A DNA stretch of 64,000 nt, from NCBI GenBank assembly GCA_965207455.1, contig CBDBMJ010000001.1:544001-608000 (forward strand), read 5' to 3'. The stretch is from Bdellovibrionota bacterium. GTDB lineage: Bacteria; Bdellovibrionota; UBA1018; CAIPTA01; JAALKR01. Position 1 is the first letter of the stretch. The number at the start of each line of letters is the position of its first letter. Both the position numbers and the translations under genes were made by a program. Below, piece by piece: positions 1 through 10,253 of the stretch. The notes under the pieces are model-generated. The model made no database searches. It was given only the letters and a program-made list of their open reading frames with translations, and had not been told where the DNA came from.

Positions 1-1
1 G

Positions 2-1237
2 GTGGATTCCGAACTGGATGGTATAGGCAATCAAAATATAGAAATAATGGATGGGTCAGGTGATAGAATAGATGCCCCTATTATAAAATTAGTGAATTCT
101 ATTCTTATTAATTCTGTACAAAAAAAAGCATCTGATATTCATGTTGAGCCTTATCAAAATATTTTTCGTATACGTATGCGTGTAGATGGAACCTTGGTAG
201 AAACCATAAGACCACCGTATAAAACTCGTAATGCAGTTGTTGCACGTTTAAAAATCATGGCAAAAATGGATATTGCAGAAAAACGCTTACCTCAAGATGG
301 AAAAATCAAAATTCGTACAAAATATGGGGAGATGGATTTTCGTGTTTCTAGTATGCCTACTGTAAATGGAGAAAAAGTTGTATTACGACTTTTAGATAAA
401 TCTGGTTTAGAAACAGACCTCACCGCCCTTGGTTTTAGTGAAGAAGAGTATAAACTTTTTCATAGATCTATTTATGAAAGTAATGGAATGTTATTAGTAA
501 CGGGGCCTACAGGTTCAGGAAAAACCACTACCCTATATTCAGCCTTGGCGGAACGAAATAAACCCTCTGAAAACATATCTACAGCAGAAGATCCTGTGGA
601 GTATAATTTAGAGGGTATTAATCAATGTCAAACCCATGCTGATATTGGTTTAAATTTTGCAAAAACACTACGTACCTTTCTTCGTCAAGATCCAGATATT
701 ATTTTAGTGGGTGAGATTCGAGATCTTGAAACAGCAGAAGTAGCCATACAAGCAGCCTTAACAGGGCACTTAGTTTTTTCTACTCTACATACCAATGACG
801 CCCCATCTACGATCACTAGATTTTTAAATATGGGTATAGAACCTTTTTTAGTAACTGCCTCGGTACGAACGATTATTGCCCAGCGATTGCTTCGGTCTAT
901 TTGCTCGTCATGCAAGGAGGAGATATCTGTTCCTGTGGAACGTTTGATTGAACTGGGTATAGATAAAGAAGCTGCCAATACAGTAAAGATTTTTCAAGGC
1001 AAGGGCTGTAGTGAATGTGATAATAGTGGATATAAAGGTAGGTTTGCTGTTTTCGAAATCATGGATTTCACCACTAGACTCAAGGAAGCTGTTTTAAAAG
1101 GAGCCAATGCCATTGAGTTAAAAAAACTAGCTTTAGAGGGTGGAATGACTACTCTTCGAATGAATGCTTTAAAAAATACATTTCGAGGAAAGACAACATT
1201 GGAAGAAGCGATAGGAAATACATCCAATGACTTATAG
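2..1237 (+). CDS. pilB: Type IV pilus assembly ATPase PilB (5'-truncated by window edge)
   Basis: ASDIHVEP, RLPQDG, Walker A GPTGSGKT, EDPVEY, LRQDPD..GEIRD, TGHLVFSTLHTND, tetracysteine Zn motif; followed by pilT and pilC. Confidence 0.95.
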   Translation: MDSELDGIGNQNIEIMDGSGDRIDAPIIKLVNSILINSVQKKASDIHVEPYQNIFRIRMRVDGTLVETIRPPYKTRNAVVARLKIMAKMDIAEKRLPQDGKIKIRTKYGEMDFRVSSMPTVNGEKVVLRLLDKSGLETDLTALGFSEEEYKLFHRSIYESNGMLLVTGPTGSGKTTTLYSALAERNKPSENISTAEDPVEYNLEGINQCQTHADIGLNFAKTLRTFLRQDPDIILVGEIRDLETAEVAIQAALTGHLVFSTLHTNDAPSTITRFLNMGIEPFLVTASVRTIIAQRLLRSICSSCKEEISVPVERLIELGIDKEAANTVKIFQGKGCSECDNSGYKGRFAVFEIMDFTTRLKEAVLKGANAIELKKLALEGGMTTLRMNALKNTFRGKTTLEEAIGNTSNDL

Positions 1238-1251
1238 AGAAGGATGAATTT

Positions 1252-2337
1252 ATGCCAGCATTAAGTATTAAACAACTTCTTCAAGCAGTAATACAGCAAA
1301 AAGCATCTGACCTGCATATTACTATTGGTTCTCCACCTCTTCTGAGAGTACAGGGAAAAATGCTTCCCATAAAAACAGAATCTCTTAATAGTGACGATAC
1401 TAAATCTCTTTGTTATGAAATTATTACGGATAGGCAGAAAAAGGAATTGAGTGAAAATCTTTCCATCGATCTTTCTTTTGCTTTGGATAAAACCTCCCGG
1501 TTTCGTGGAAATATATACCTTCAACGAGGCAGTCTGGCAGCAGCTTTTCGTTATATTCCTGTGGAAATTCCTTCTATAGAATCTCTAAAACTTCCTAATA
1601 CATTAAAGAAAATGATGGAAGTTCCAAACGGCTTGCTTTTAGTTACCGGCCCCACAGGTTCAGGAAAAACCACTACTCTTGCCAGTCTCCTAGATTATAT
1701 TAATGAAACTAGGCAAGGGCATATTATAACCTTAGAAGATCCTATTGAGTTTATTCATTTGCATAAAAAATGTGTGGTCAACCAAAGAGAAATCGGACCC
1801 GATGCTCCGTCCTACTCCTCTGCCATGAGAGCATTGTTGCGCCAAGACCCAGATTATGTGCTTTTAGGAGAAATGCGAGATAGAGAATCGGTGCAAATGG
1901 CACTCACAATTGCAGAAACAGGCCATTTACTCTTTAGTACGCTCCATACAAATTCAGCAGTGCAAACAATTAATCGATTGATTAATATTTTCCCTGCTCA
2001 CGAGCAGAATCAAGTTCGTAATATGCTCAGTCTCACGCTTATTGGAATTGTTTCTCAGCAACTTATACATACAGAGAAAGGAAAACTTGCTTTGGCTATG
2101 GAGATAATGCGATGTACGCCGGCGATTCGGAATCTTATTCGAGAGCAAAAAATAGAGATGATTTACTCTTCCATGCAATCTAATCAAGAAAAAACTGGAA
2201 TGCAAACTATGAATCAAAGTTTATTGAGTCTTTATGAACAAGGTAAAATTTCTGATCAAACAGCCATTGAAAAATCCTCTGAGCAAGAGGAGCTTATACG
2301 AATGTTAAGTACTTCATCTAAAGTAGGGAACTTTTAA
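1252..2337 (+). CDS. pilT: Type IV pilus retraction ATPase PilT
   Basis: ASDLH, GPTGSGKT, EDPIEF, VNQRE, AIRNLIRE motif, GMQTM. Confidence 0.95.
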   Translation: MPALSIKQLLQAVIQQKASDLHITIGSPPLLRVQGKMLPIKTESLNSDDTKSLCYEIITDRQKKELSENLSIDLSFALDKTSRFRGNIYLQRGSLAAAFRYIPVEIPSIESLKLPNTLKKMMEVPNGLLLVTGPTGSGKTTTLASLLDYINETRQGHIITLEDPIEFIHLHKKCVVNQREIGPDAPSYSSAMRALLRQDPDYVLLGEMRDRESVQMALTIAETGHLLFSTLHTNSAVQTINRLINIFPAHEQNQVRNMLSLTLIGIVSQQLIHTEKGKLALAMEIMRCTPAIRNLIREQKIEMIYSSMQSNQEKTGMQTMNQSLLSLYEQGKISDQTAIEKSSEQEELIRMLSTSSKVGNF

Positions 2338-2343
2338 CTTATA

Positions 2344-3543
2344 ATGCCTGTTTTTAAATATGTAGGATTACAAAGAGATGGTACAAATGTTGATGGTGAG
2401 ATCGATTTACCTACGGAAAATGATGTGCGCAATCATTTGCGTCAGCAGGGTATTCGTTTAAAAAAACTATCAAAAGCTTCCATATTTAATGCTGATTTAT
2501 CTTTTGGATCTCCGGTAAAAGAAGTGGAGTTATCTATCATGACCCAACAACTTGCTATTATGCTAGAAGCAGGACTGCCCATTCTACAAGCATTGCAAAT
2601 TTTGGAATCTGGAGAACAAAATCCAGCATTAAAGAAAATTTTAAAGAAAGTTTCTGCATCCATTTCTGGTGGTGGTGCTTTGTGGGAAGCACTCTCTGTG
2701 CATAAAAAAGTTTTTCCTAACATATATATTTACCTTGTTCGTGCAGGTGAATTTAGCGGCTCCTTGGGAACCTCATTAAAACGATTAGCAACCTATCTGG
2801 AAAATAGCGTGGCACTTAAGCGCATGGTGAAGGGAGCTATGATATATCCAGCCGTCATTGCTATGGTGGGAATGGGAGTAACTTTTGGTTTATTGGCCTT
2901 TGTGGTTCCTCAATTTGAGTCAATGATTAAAAGTGGTGGCGGTGAACTTCCTGCTATTACAGCTTTTGTTATTGCTGCCAGTGATTTTGCAAGTTCACAG
3001 GCCCATATTATTATAGGAGGAGTAATAGCTGTAATTTTTATTTTTAAAAAAATAATCAGCACACCCAATGGACGTATGGCTTGGCATTTATTTTTATTGT
3101 CCGTTCCTGGCATTAAAACGCTTATCACGAAATCGTCCACAGCAGTATTTACTCGTACACTTGGCACTATGCTGCTTTCTGGAGTGAATCTAGTGGATGC
3201 CATAGAAATTTGCAAGGATGTAATAGACAATGAAGTAATGAAAAGATCTCTTACAAAAGTAAAAGCTGAAATTGTTGCAGGAAAAAGTATTGCTGGACCA
3301 TTGGCAAGAACGAAATTATTTCCCCATATGGTGGTGCAAATGGTTAGTGTTGGTGAAAATACTGGTGCCCTAGATAAAATGCTTATCCGTATTGCTGACT
3401 TTTATGAAGAAGAAGTAAAGGCGGTTGTTTCTGCCTTAACTAAGCTTATTGAGCCTTTGGTTCTTGTGGTTTTAGGTGGAGTTGTGGCTACTATTCTCAT
3501 TGCCATGTACTTACCCATATTCCAGTTGGCTGGTGGCGCATAA
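2344..3543 (+). CDS. pilC: Type IV pilus inner-membrane platform protein PilC (T2SS F family)
   Basis: Two T2SSF domains (AGE.SG.L; VGENTGALD..L), C-terminal EP...AMYLPIF. Confidence 0.95.
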   Translation: MPVFKYVGLQRDGTNVDGEIDLPTENDVRNHLRQQGIRLKKLSKASIFNADLSFGSPVKEVELSIMTQQLAIMLEAGLPILQALQILESGEQNPALKKILKKVSASISGGGALWEALSVHKKVFPNIYIYLVRAGEFSGSLGTSLKRLATYLENSVALKRMVKGAMIYPAVIAMVGMGVTFGLLAFVVPQFESMIKSGGGELPAITAFVIAASDFASSQAHIIIGGVIAVIFIFKKIISTPNGRMAWHLFLLSVPGIKTLITKSSTAVFTRTLGTMLLSGVNLVDAIEICKDVIDNEVMKRSLTKVKAEIVAGKSIAGPLARTKLFPHMVVQMVSVGENTGALDKMLIRIADFYEEEVKAVVSALTKLIEPLVLVVLGGVVATILIAMYLPIFQLAGGA

Positions 3544-3582
3544 GGATCGAGATCACTGTGCGGGCTAAGGAGTAAGATCGCT

Positions 3583-5034
3583 TTATGGATCAATAGTATG
3601 TACCTTTACGGTATTGGTTTTCGTGTTTTTAGATATGGGTAGGCCAATGGTAATGACCAGCAAGTCTCCCTTTTCCATGGGACGAAAAGCTCCAGTAAGG
3701 TAGGTGTTCCACCAGTCCACTACTGTTTTACTAACAAACAAAAAAGTATGATCTACTGCAGAAACCTTAGGGATTAAAATTCCCTTTACCCCCCAGGTAA
3801 GAGCCAATCGTTGGAGTATTTGTTTTTTATTGGTAAGGGCAAAAATAGGTGCAGTGGATCGAAAGGTGGATAGGGTTTGGGCACCTTTTCCGCTATTGGT
3901 GATGCAACAGATAGCTCGCGCGCCAGAATTTTTTGCAATTTGAGCAGCAGCGTATTCAATGGCGTCGGGTACATTGGAAATGGGAGGTGTGGGGCTGGGA
4001 GTGAGTTTTAGTTTTTGCCTATCTTGCTCTGCTTGCCCAATAATATCGGTCATTATTTGTAATGCTTTAAAGGGATATTTTCCGTAAGCGGTTTCTCCGG
4101 AAAGCATTAGGGCATCGGCACCGTCGAACACTCCGTTGGCCACATCTGAGGCTTCTGCACGCGTGGGGCGAGGGTTATAGGTCATACTTTCCAGCATTTG
4201 AGTGGCTAGAATCACAGTCTTTCCTTTTGCATTACATTTTTGAATAATTTGCTTTTGTATGCTAGGGACTTTTTGTGGAGAGATTTCTACGGCCATGTCT
4301 CCCCGGGCGATCATAATTCCATCGGCAACAGCAATAATCTTGTCTATATTCTTCACTGCCTCTGGTTTTTCTATTTTTGCAATGACAGGTGTGTCTTTTC
4401 CCTGGGCTTGGATAAATTTTTGTATTTTCAGTACGTCCTGTGGTTGGCGTACAAAAGATAGTGCCACATAATCGACGTTTAAAGAGAGCCCGTGGAGGAG
4501 GTCTTGTTTGTCTTTTTGGTTTAGTATGGGAACGGATGTTTTTATACCAGGAAGATTCATTCCCTTGTGGCTTGATAGTGTTCCATTAAATAAAGAGACA
4601 CATTCTATTTCTGTGCTATTTATGATTTTTTTTACTTTCATTTCAATATTGCCGTCGTCGATTAAAATTCGATCTCCTACTGAAACATCTTTTACCAACC
4701 GCTTATAGACAGTGTTAATTTTCTTGGCATTACAGCCATGGGGAAGTTCTTTTGTTGTGATAGATACGATGTCTCCAGCTTGGATTTCCACGGGGCCATC
4801 TGGGAAATGACCTAAGCGGATTTTAGGACCTTGCAAGTCTAAAAGAACGGCTACGGGACGGGTTTGTTCTTTGGAAGCTTTGCGGATATATTGTACGGCT
4901 TGGGTGAGCTCTTCATGGGAGGCATGACTGCAGTTCAGACGAGCCACGTCCATGCCCTTTTCCATAAGCTGGCTAACAGCTTTATAGGAAGAGGTGGCTG
5001 GACCAAGTGTACATACAATTTTAGCTCGTCTCAC
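3583..5034 (-). CDS. pyk: Pyruvate kinase
   Basis: KIVCTLGPA, DLQGPKIR, IAKIE, ARGDM, ATQMLESM..NPRPTRAE.SDVAN, MLSGETA. Confidence 0.97.
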   Translation of the reverse strand: MRRAKIVCTLGPATSSYKAVSQLMEKGMDVARLNCSHASHEELTQAVQYIRKASKEQTRPVAVLLDLQGPKIRLGHFPDGPVEIQAGDIVSITTKELPHGCNAKKINTVYKRLVKDVSVGDRILIDDGNIEMKVKKIINSTEIECVSLFNGTLSSHKGMNLPGIKTSVPILNQKDKQDLLHGLSLNVDYVALSFVRQPQDVLKIQKFIQAQGKDTPVIAKIEKPEAVKNIDKIIAVADGIMIARGDMAVEISPQKVPSIQKQIIQKCNAKGKTVILATQMLESMTYNPRPTRAEASDVANGVFDGADALMLSGETAYGKYPFKALQIMTDIIGQAEQDRQKLKLTPSPTPPISNVPDAIEYAAAQIAKNSGARAICCITNSGKGAQTLSTFRSTAPIFALTNKKQILQRLALTWGVKGILIPKVSAVDHTFLFVSKTVVDWWNTYLTGAFRPMEKGDLLVITIGLPISKNTKTNTVKVHTIDP

Positions 5035-5072
5035 ATTATGGCCATATAGTAATCTTTAAGTAGGGAAGAGTC

Positions 5073-6140
5073 TTATCGTTTCATTTTCTTCATCTTCAGC
5101 TCTGCATCAATTATAGTTACAAATTTTTCCACATCTCGAGCGCCTTTAACGGGCTGGCTATTCACAAAAAAGCTCGGTGTGGAATTTACTCCAATTTTCA
5201 AGCCTTCATTGAAATCATTTTGCACAACTTTGGCAAATTTCTTTTGGGAATAACAGTCTTCAAATTTTTTCATATTTACGCCAACTTTTTTTGCGTATTT
5301 TTTTAGATCTTCGTCCCCAAGCTTTCGTTGGTTTTGAAATAATAGATCATGAAAGGTCCAGAATTTTTTCGGATTTTGATCATGTATACACATGGAAGCC
5401 TCTGAGGCAGGCTTTGCCCTTGGGTGCATACTGAGAGGAAAGTGTTTGAAAAGAATTCTAATTTTCTTTTTACCGTAGTGTTTTTTTAGTTTTGCCACTA
5501 TCTGCTTGTTGGCAAGAGCACAGTAGGGGCACTCAAAGTCGGAAAATTCTACTATAGTTATGGGTGCATTTTTGTTACCCCAGCTAGCCACATTACTCTC
5601 ATTAAATGAAATTTCAGTAGCACGTGGGCGTGCGAGATAAAATTCTATGGGATGTTTCCTAGTATATCTTGCTACCACATTTTTGAGATGTATTATGTTT
5701 CTCACTTGAACTTGAATGTGTTCCGGAGGATTTTTGTGGTCTTGGATTTTACCTTCCAGAAAAGCAATAATTTTTCTCTTAGAGACTTTTTTCTTAGCAA
5801 CATCTTCTTGTTTTTTTAAAAAAGCTTCTACAGGCATTTTTGCTTTGCTTGCCAATATTTCAAAGACTCTTTGGCGAACTCGCCCTTCTAATTCCCCTTT
5901 TTGAGCCTCGTATAACTCCAAGCGTTTCTCAAAGATTTTCATATTACTAGCAAAGTCTTTATCATAAATGACAGTACCAAAGATATTAGCCACAGCACCT
6001 TGGGTGGGGGGCTTTTTTTCTATTATATTGAGTTTTTGGCTATTGGTCTGTTTTGAACAGGAAAGAAAGACAATAAAGCATAGGGCTAGAATTTGTAGTG
6101 GAAGTTTTCGGGTTACTTTGGGTTTCGTGGATTTGGACAT
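5073..6140 (-). CDS. Exported DsbA/thioredoxin-fold oxidoreductase
   Basis: EFSDFECPYC active site, HFPL..H, GVNSTPSF cis-Pro; N-terminal hydrophobic/lipoprotein-like signal. Confidence 0.85.
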   Translation of the reverse strand: MSKSTKPKVTRKLPLQILALCFIVFLSCSKQTNSQKLNIIEKKPPTQGAVANIFGTVIYDKDFASNMKIFEKRLELYEAQKGELEGRVRQRVFEILASKAKMPVEAFLKKQEDVAKKKVSKRKIIAFLEGKIQDHKNPPEHIQVQVRNIIHLKNVVARYTRKHPIEFYLARPRATEISFNESNVASWGNKNAPITIVEFSDFECPYCALANKQIVAKLKKHYGKKKIRILFKHFPLSMHPRAKPASEASMCIHDQNPKKFWTFHDLLFQNQRKLGDEDLKKYAKKVGVNMKKFEDCYSQKKFAKVVQNDFNEGLKIGVNSTPSFFVNSQPVKGARDVEKFVTIIDAELKMKKMKR

Positions 6141-6281
6141 TTTTGGATTTTCCTCTTTAATGTTGGTTGTTGCGTTACAATTATTTCTTAATGATATCGC
6201 TATTTTCTACAAAAATATAGTGTTGGGGTAGAAAAAAAGGAAAGAAAAGTAACGCCTCACACTATTCCCGTTATGGTGTTT

Positions 6282-7256
6282 TTAATGGTGGCTATTAAAC
6301 CAAGCCAATGTTTCCTGTACCACTCGACTACGCACAGTATCTTTTTCCAGTTCATGGAGGGCTTGGGGAAATTCAATAATTTTATGCTTTAGGTTGGACA
6401 GTCCATTGGAGGCAAAATTGCGAGCTTCCCCCAAGTTCGTAACATATTCCCTTCCTGAAAGGAGCAAAAGTATGGGACAGGCATGGGAAAACTCAGGGGC
6501 TTTTACCTGGAGTTTCTGGATTGCCTTCCTAGCAGATCGGAGCCATGCAGGAGTTATTTTGTTGTGAATAAGGGAGTCCTCCAATCTTTTTTTTAAGTAG
6601 TCTTCATTTGAGCTTAGGGCAGCGGGAGGTGTATCCACGGAAATTTGCAGGGTGGGGGCAATATAATACAACAGTGTGGCTACTTTCATTAACAGCTTTT
6701 TCTTGCCCCGTACGTTTGGTAGCCCTAGCATTGGGCTGGAGAGGCAAGCGCCAGAAATTTTTTTCCATGGCTGGGGACTCATTAGGAGTTTTAGGGCAAT
6801 AGTACTCCCCAGGCTATGTGCCCAAACATATAAGGGAGTGGATGGGGGGATGGTGGAACGAGTGATTTCTAGCCATTGCTGTATATCTTCTACATAGTGA
6901 TCAAAGTGGTCCACATGACCTCGAAGGCCCTCAGATAGGCCATGCCCCCTAAGATCTAGGGTGATCACTCCGTACTTTGCTTTCACTAGGTCGCATACGA
7001 GTTTTCCATAATTTCCACTGTGCTCTCCAAATCCATGGATAATGAGGACTGTTCCACGGGCATGGGGAGGTATCCATGTTTGCCCAAACAATTTTACTTG
7101 GTTGCGCCTTTGGTGGGTTTCGAAGAATTGGTTGCCGTAGCGAATATTGGAACCTCTGGGAAAACCATAGCCCTGTAGATACGCAATGATATTGGGGTCG
7201 GATTCAGAATAGGATTTAATGGGTTTGGATAGTTCTAAGGGAGTGGGTTTGTTCAT
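6282..7256 (-). CDS. Alpha/beta hydrolase, lysophospholipase/monoacylglycerol lipase family
   Basis: HGFGEHSG, DLRGHGLSEG.RGH, nucleophile elbow AHSLG, C-terminal LHEL. Confidence 0.85.
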   Translation of the reverse strand: MNKPTPLELSKPIKSYSESDPNIIAYLQGYGFPRGSNIRYGNQFFETHQRRNQVKLFGQTWIPPHARGTVLIIHGFGEHSGNYGKLVCDLVKAKYGVITLDLRGHGLSEGLRGHVDHFDHYVEDIQQWLEITRSTIPPSTPLYVWAHSLGSTIALKLLMSPQPWKKISGACLSSPMLGLPNVRGKKKLLMKVATLLYYIAPTLQISVDTPPAALSSNEDYLKKRLEDSLIHNKITPAWLRSARKAIQKLQVKAPEFSHACPILLLLSGREYVTNLGEARNFASNGLSNLKHKIIEFPQALHELEKDTVRSRVVQETLAWFNSHH

Positions 7257-7274
7257 TATCTTACATCACAACAA

Positions 7275-7766
7275 TTAGGAACGCATATTAATAAACTGCA
7301 GATCCACGGGCACTTCCGTTGTCTTGAGTAAGGAAATAATATCCTGTAGGCTATCTATTTTTTTACTGGTTACCCGGATTTGAATATCCATGATTTGGGC
7401 CTGCACTTTTAGTCGAGACTGGGTAATAGCTTTGGTAATTATTTTTGCATTTTCTTTTGAAATTCCTTCTTGGACAGTAATTTCTTGGCGAATTTGTGCG
7501 CCAAGAGCGGTTTCAATTTTTCCGTACTGGAGATTTTTCAAAGGTACTTCTCGCTTCACCATTTTTGATTGTAGGATATCCATTACTTGGGAGAGTTTGT
7601 ATTCATCGTCGGCTATAATAGTAATTTTTTTTTCTTTGGAGTTCCATTCCACTTTAGACTTGGAATTTTTGAAGTCGTAACGCTGGGCAATTTCTTGGGC
7701 CACCTGATTAATTGCGTTATCAATTTCTTGGTTATCTATCTGAGAGACAATATCAAAAGAGGGCAT
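7275..7766 (-). CDS. yajQ: YajQ family nucleotide/cyclic-di-GMP-binding protein
   Basis: MPSFDIVS start, RYDFK, KVQAQI, LQFINMR. Confidence 0.95.
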   Translation of the reverse strand: MPSFDIVSQIDNQEIDNAINQVAQEIAQRYDFKNSKSKVEWNSKEKKITIIADDEYKLSQVMDILQSKMVKREVPLKNLQYGKIETALGAQIRQEITVQEGISKENAKIITKAITQSRLKVQAQIMDIQIRVTSKKIDSLQDIISLLKTTEVPVDLQFINMRS

Positions 7767-7810
7767 GAGGGGTATTTCCTTTCCTGTTTGTTCCGTTGTT
7801 TGTTCCGTTC

Positions 7811-8449
7811 TTATTCCATTTTTGCTGGGTTAAATTGAAATAAAGTCAAGGGCAGATTAACATTTAATTTCATATTTTTCAAAGCGATTTTTATTTGGTT
7901 GCCAGTTTCTTGGTGGAGCACTAGTTTTTCTATGAGGGATTTAGAGTTTACCGTCAGTTCCAGACGAAGGAGTCCATTCATTTCTTTTTTCGGTTGGAGG
8001 AATAGTGTATAGCTGTTTTTATTTGTTACTTTCTTTTTTATGGTAAAGGCTTCTTTTAGCTTTATGCTTCCGTCTAAGATACGAAGGAATACATAGTTTT
8101 TCAGGTAGTCGGCTGAATGCACGCTCACCTCGCCTTTGTGTTTTCCAGAATGGGCAGGGGAGTAATACCAAACTTTTTTTCCATTGGAGACCAGGAGTGA
8201 TTTTGTGGGTTTTTGCACTTCCCATCGTATTTTATGGGGCTTTTGTAAGTAAAGGATGCCGTGGCTCACTTTTGTGCGATCCAAGGTGGCCTGGAAAACG
8301 CTTTGGGTAAAGACTGCTTTTATGGAACCCAGATTTTTATAGAGTGTTTCCAATTTTAGTAGATCAGGTTTTTTCCCATAGACTTGGGAAGCTTGGGAGA
8401 TAATCAACAGGCCAAGAAGGACTGGAGCAAGAAAATAACGGATTTGCAT
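7811..8449 (-). CDS. lolA: Outer-membrane lipoprotein carrier LolA family
   Basis: Signal peptide; A.F.Q, G.LYLQKP.KIRWE..KP, LVSNGKKVW.Y, C-terminal F.F.P. Confidence 0.85.
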   Translation of the reverse strand: MQIRYFLAPVLLGLLIISQASQVYGKKPDLLKLETLYKNLGSIKAVFTQSVFQATLDRTKVSHGILYLQKPHKIRWEVQKPTKSLLVSNGKKVWYYSPAHSGKHKGEVSVHSADYLKNYVFLRILDGSIKLKEAFTIKKKVTNKNSYTLFLQPKKEMNGLLRLELTVNSKSLIEKLVLHQETGNQIKIALKNMKLNVNLPLTLFQFNPAKME

Positions 8450-8456
8450 CTTTTCT

Positions 8457-10253
8457 TTAGCTCTCTACAAAGCTTTTTAGGAGTCGTACCCTCGATGAAT
8501 GGCGTAGCTTACGAAGAGCTTTTGCCTCAATCTGACGAATTCTTTCCCTAGTGACAAAAAAATCATGACCCACTTCTTCCAGCGTATGGTCGCTTTTTTC
8601 TCCGATACCGAATCGCATTCTTAGGACTTTCTCTTCCCGTGGCGTGAGTGTGGCAAGTACTTTTCTGGTTTGTTCCGATAGGTTAACGCTCATTACTGCC
8701 TCTGATGGGTTAATGATATTTTTATCTTCGAGGAAGTCGCATAGGTAGGAGTCCTCATCTTCACCAATGGGTGTTTCCAAAGAAATGGGTTCTTTTGCAA
8801 TTTTTAATACCTTACGGACCTTCTCCGTGGGCATGTGCATTTTCTCTGCAATTTCTTCCGGTGTGGCTTCCCGTCCCAGTACTTGAACCAGTTGTCGAGA
8901 TGTGCGCACCAACTTATTAATCGTTTCAATCATGTGCACTGGGATACGAATCGTACGAGCTTGGTCCGCAATGGCACGGGTGATGGCTTGACGAATCCAC
9001 CAAGTGGCGTAGGTGGAGAACTTATATCCTCTCCTGTACTCAAATTTATCCACGGCCTTCATGAGTCCAATATTTCCTTCTTGAATCAGGTCTAAAAACT
9101 GCAATCCCCGGTTGGTATATTTTTTGGCAATGGATACCACGAGGCGAAGGTTGGCTTCCACTAGTTCGCTTTTCGCTAAATCTGCTCGCCTTTCTCCACC
9201 AAGAACGGACTGGCATACTTTTTTTAGATCCTCGCCCTTTAGTCCAACCAAATCTTCTATTTCCTTGCATTTAATAAGGGCGTCTTGGTAGCGAGTAATG
9301 ATTTCTTCTATTCTCTTTTCGGTCACGTCCTGTTCTTTTAGTACATCTTGTTTGGAAGTTTCACTTCCCGTATAGGCAAGTAGTATTTTTTGCAAGTCCT
9401 CTTCTTTTTTTATTCCAAAAAATGCGAAGGTTTTTTTCACTTCATCCTTAACGCCTAAATATGCCCTGTCTATAGATCTGATTTCAGCTAAGAGTAGGTT
9501 AATTGTTTTTCGATTAAAGATAACAGAAAGGAAGTCTTTCATGATTTTTTCATTGAATTTTTCCAGATCTTTTTCTAATTTATCACGTTCCTTTGGAGGT
9601 TTTGTTTTCGCTTCTTCTTTTTGCTTCAGGTATCCGACTTTCTCTTTGAGTGCATCAATGGAAACAGCTAGCCTTGCCTTGTGAGCGCGTTCGTCCTCTT
9701 CGGAAAGCTCTTCGTCAACTCCCCGTATAACATCCTTCACACGAAGCTGACCATCGGCCACCTGTTTGGCTAAAGATAGGATTATATTTACTCCAAGTTT
9801 GCACGCCACTAAGGAGCATATAATTTCTTCTTCACCCTTCTCAATTCGCTTGGCAATTACCACCTCTCCTTCTCTTGTGAGAAGGGAGACACTGCCCATT
9901 TTTCGTAAGTATAGTTTTACTGGGTCCCCTGGCTTAGCACCTGTTTCAGTGCCCGTGACTTTCTTTCCTTTCGACGGAGTTCCCACTGTGCTCTCAGGTC
10001 TGGTGTTCTCCGGAGTGTTTTCTGTTTCAGCGGGTTTTGCTTTGTATACGTCAGATATTTCAATGTCGTTATCCATGAGGAAGTTCATGACGGCATCAAT
10101 ATCTTCCATTTTTGTTATTTCAGGTGGGATGAGGTCGTGGAGTTCTACGTAGGTGAGAATGCCCCGACTTCTTCCAAGCTCTAAAAGTTTTTTGACTTCT
10201 TTTTCTTTTAAGAAAGACAAAGATTTATAAATTTTATTTTTATTTTTAATCAT
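8457..10253 (-). CDS. rpoD: RNA polymerase primary sigma factor RpoD
   Basis: [56 protein letters not shown]. Confidence 0.98.
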   Translation of the reverse strand: MIKNKNKIYKSLSFLKEKEVKKLLELGRSRGILTYVELHDLIPPEITKMEDIDAVMNFLMDNDIEISDVYKAKPAETENTPENTRPESTVGTPSKGKKVTGTETGAKPGDPVKLYLRKMGSVSLLTREGEVVIAKRIEKGEEEIICSLVACKLGVNIILSLAKQVADGQLRVKDVIRGVDEELSEEDERAHKARLAVSIDALKEKVGYLKQKEEAKTKPPKERDKLEKDLEKFNEKIMKDFLSVIFNRKTINLLLAEIRSIDRAYLGVKDEVKKTFAFFGIKKEEDLQKILLAYTGSETSKQDVLKEQDVTEKRIEEIITRYQDALIKCKEIEDLVGLKGEDLKKVCQSVLGGERRADLAKSELVEANLRLVVSIAKKYTNRGLQFLDLIQEGNIGLMKAVDKFEYRRGYKFSTYATWWIRQAITRAIADQARTIRIPVHMIETINKLVRTSRQLVQVLGREATPEEIAEKMHMPTEKVRKVLKIAKEPISLETPIGEDEDSYLCDFLEDKNIINPSEAVMSVNLSEQTRKVLATLTPREEKVLRMRFGIGEKSDHTLEEVGHDFFVTRERIRQIEAKALRKLRHSSRVRLLKSFVES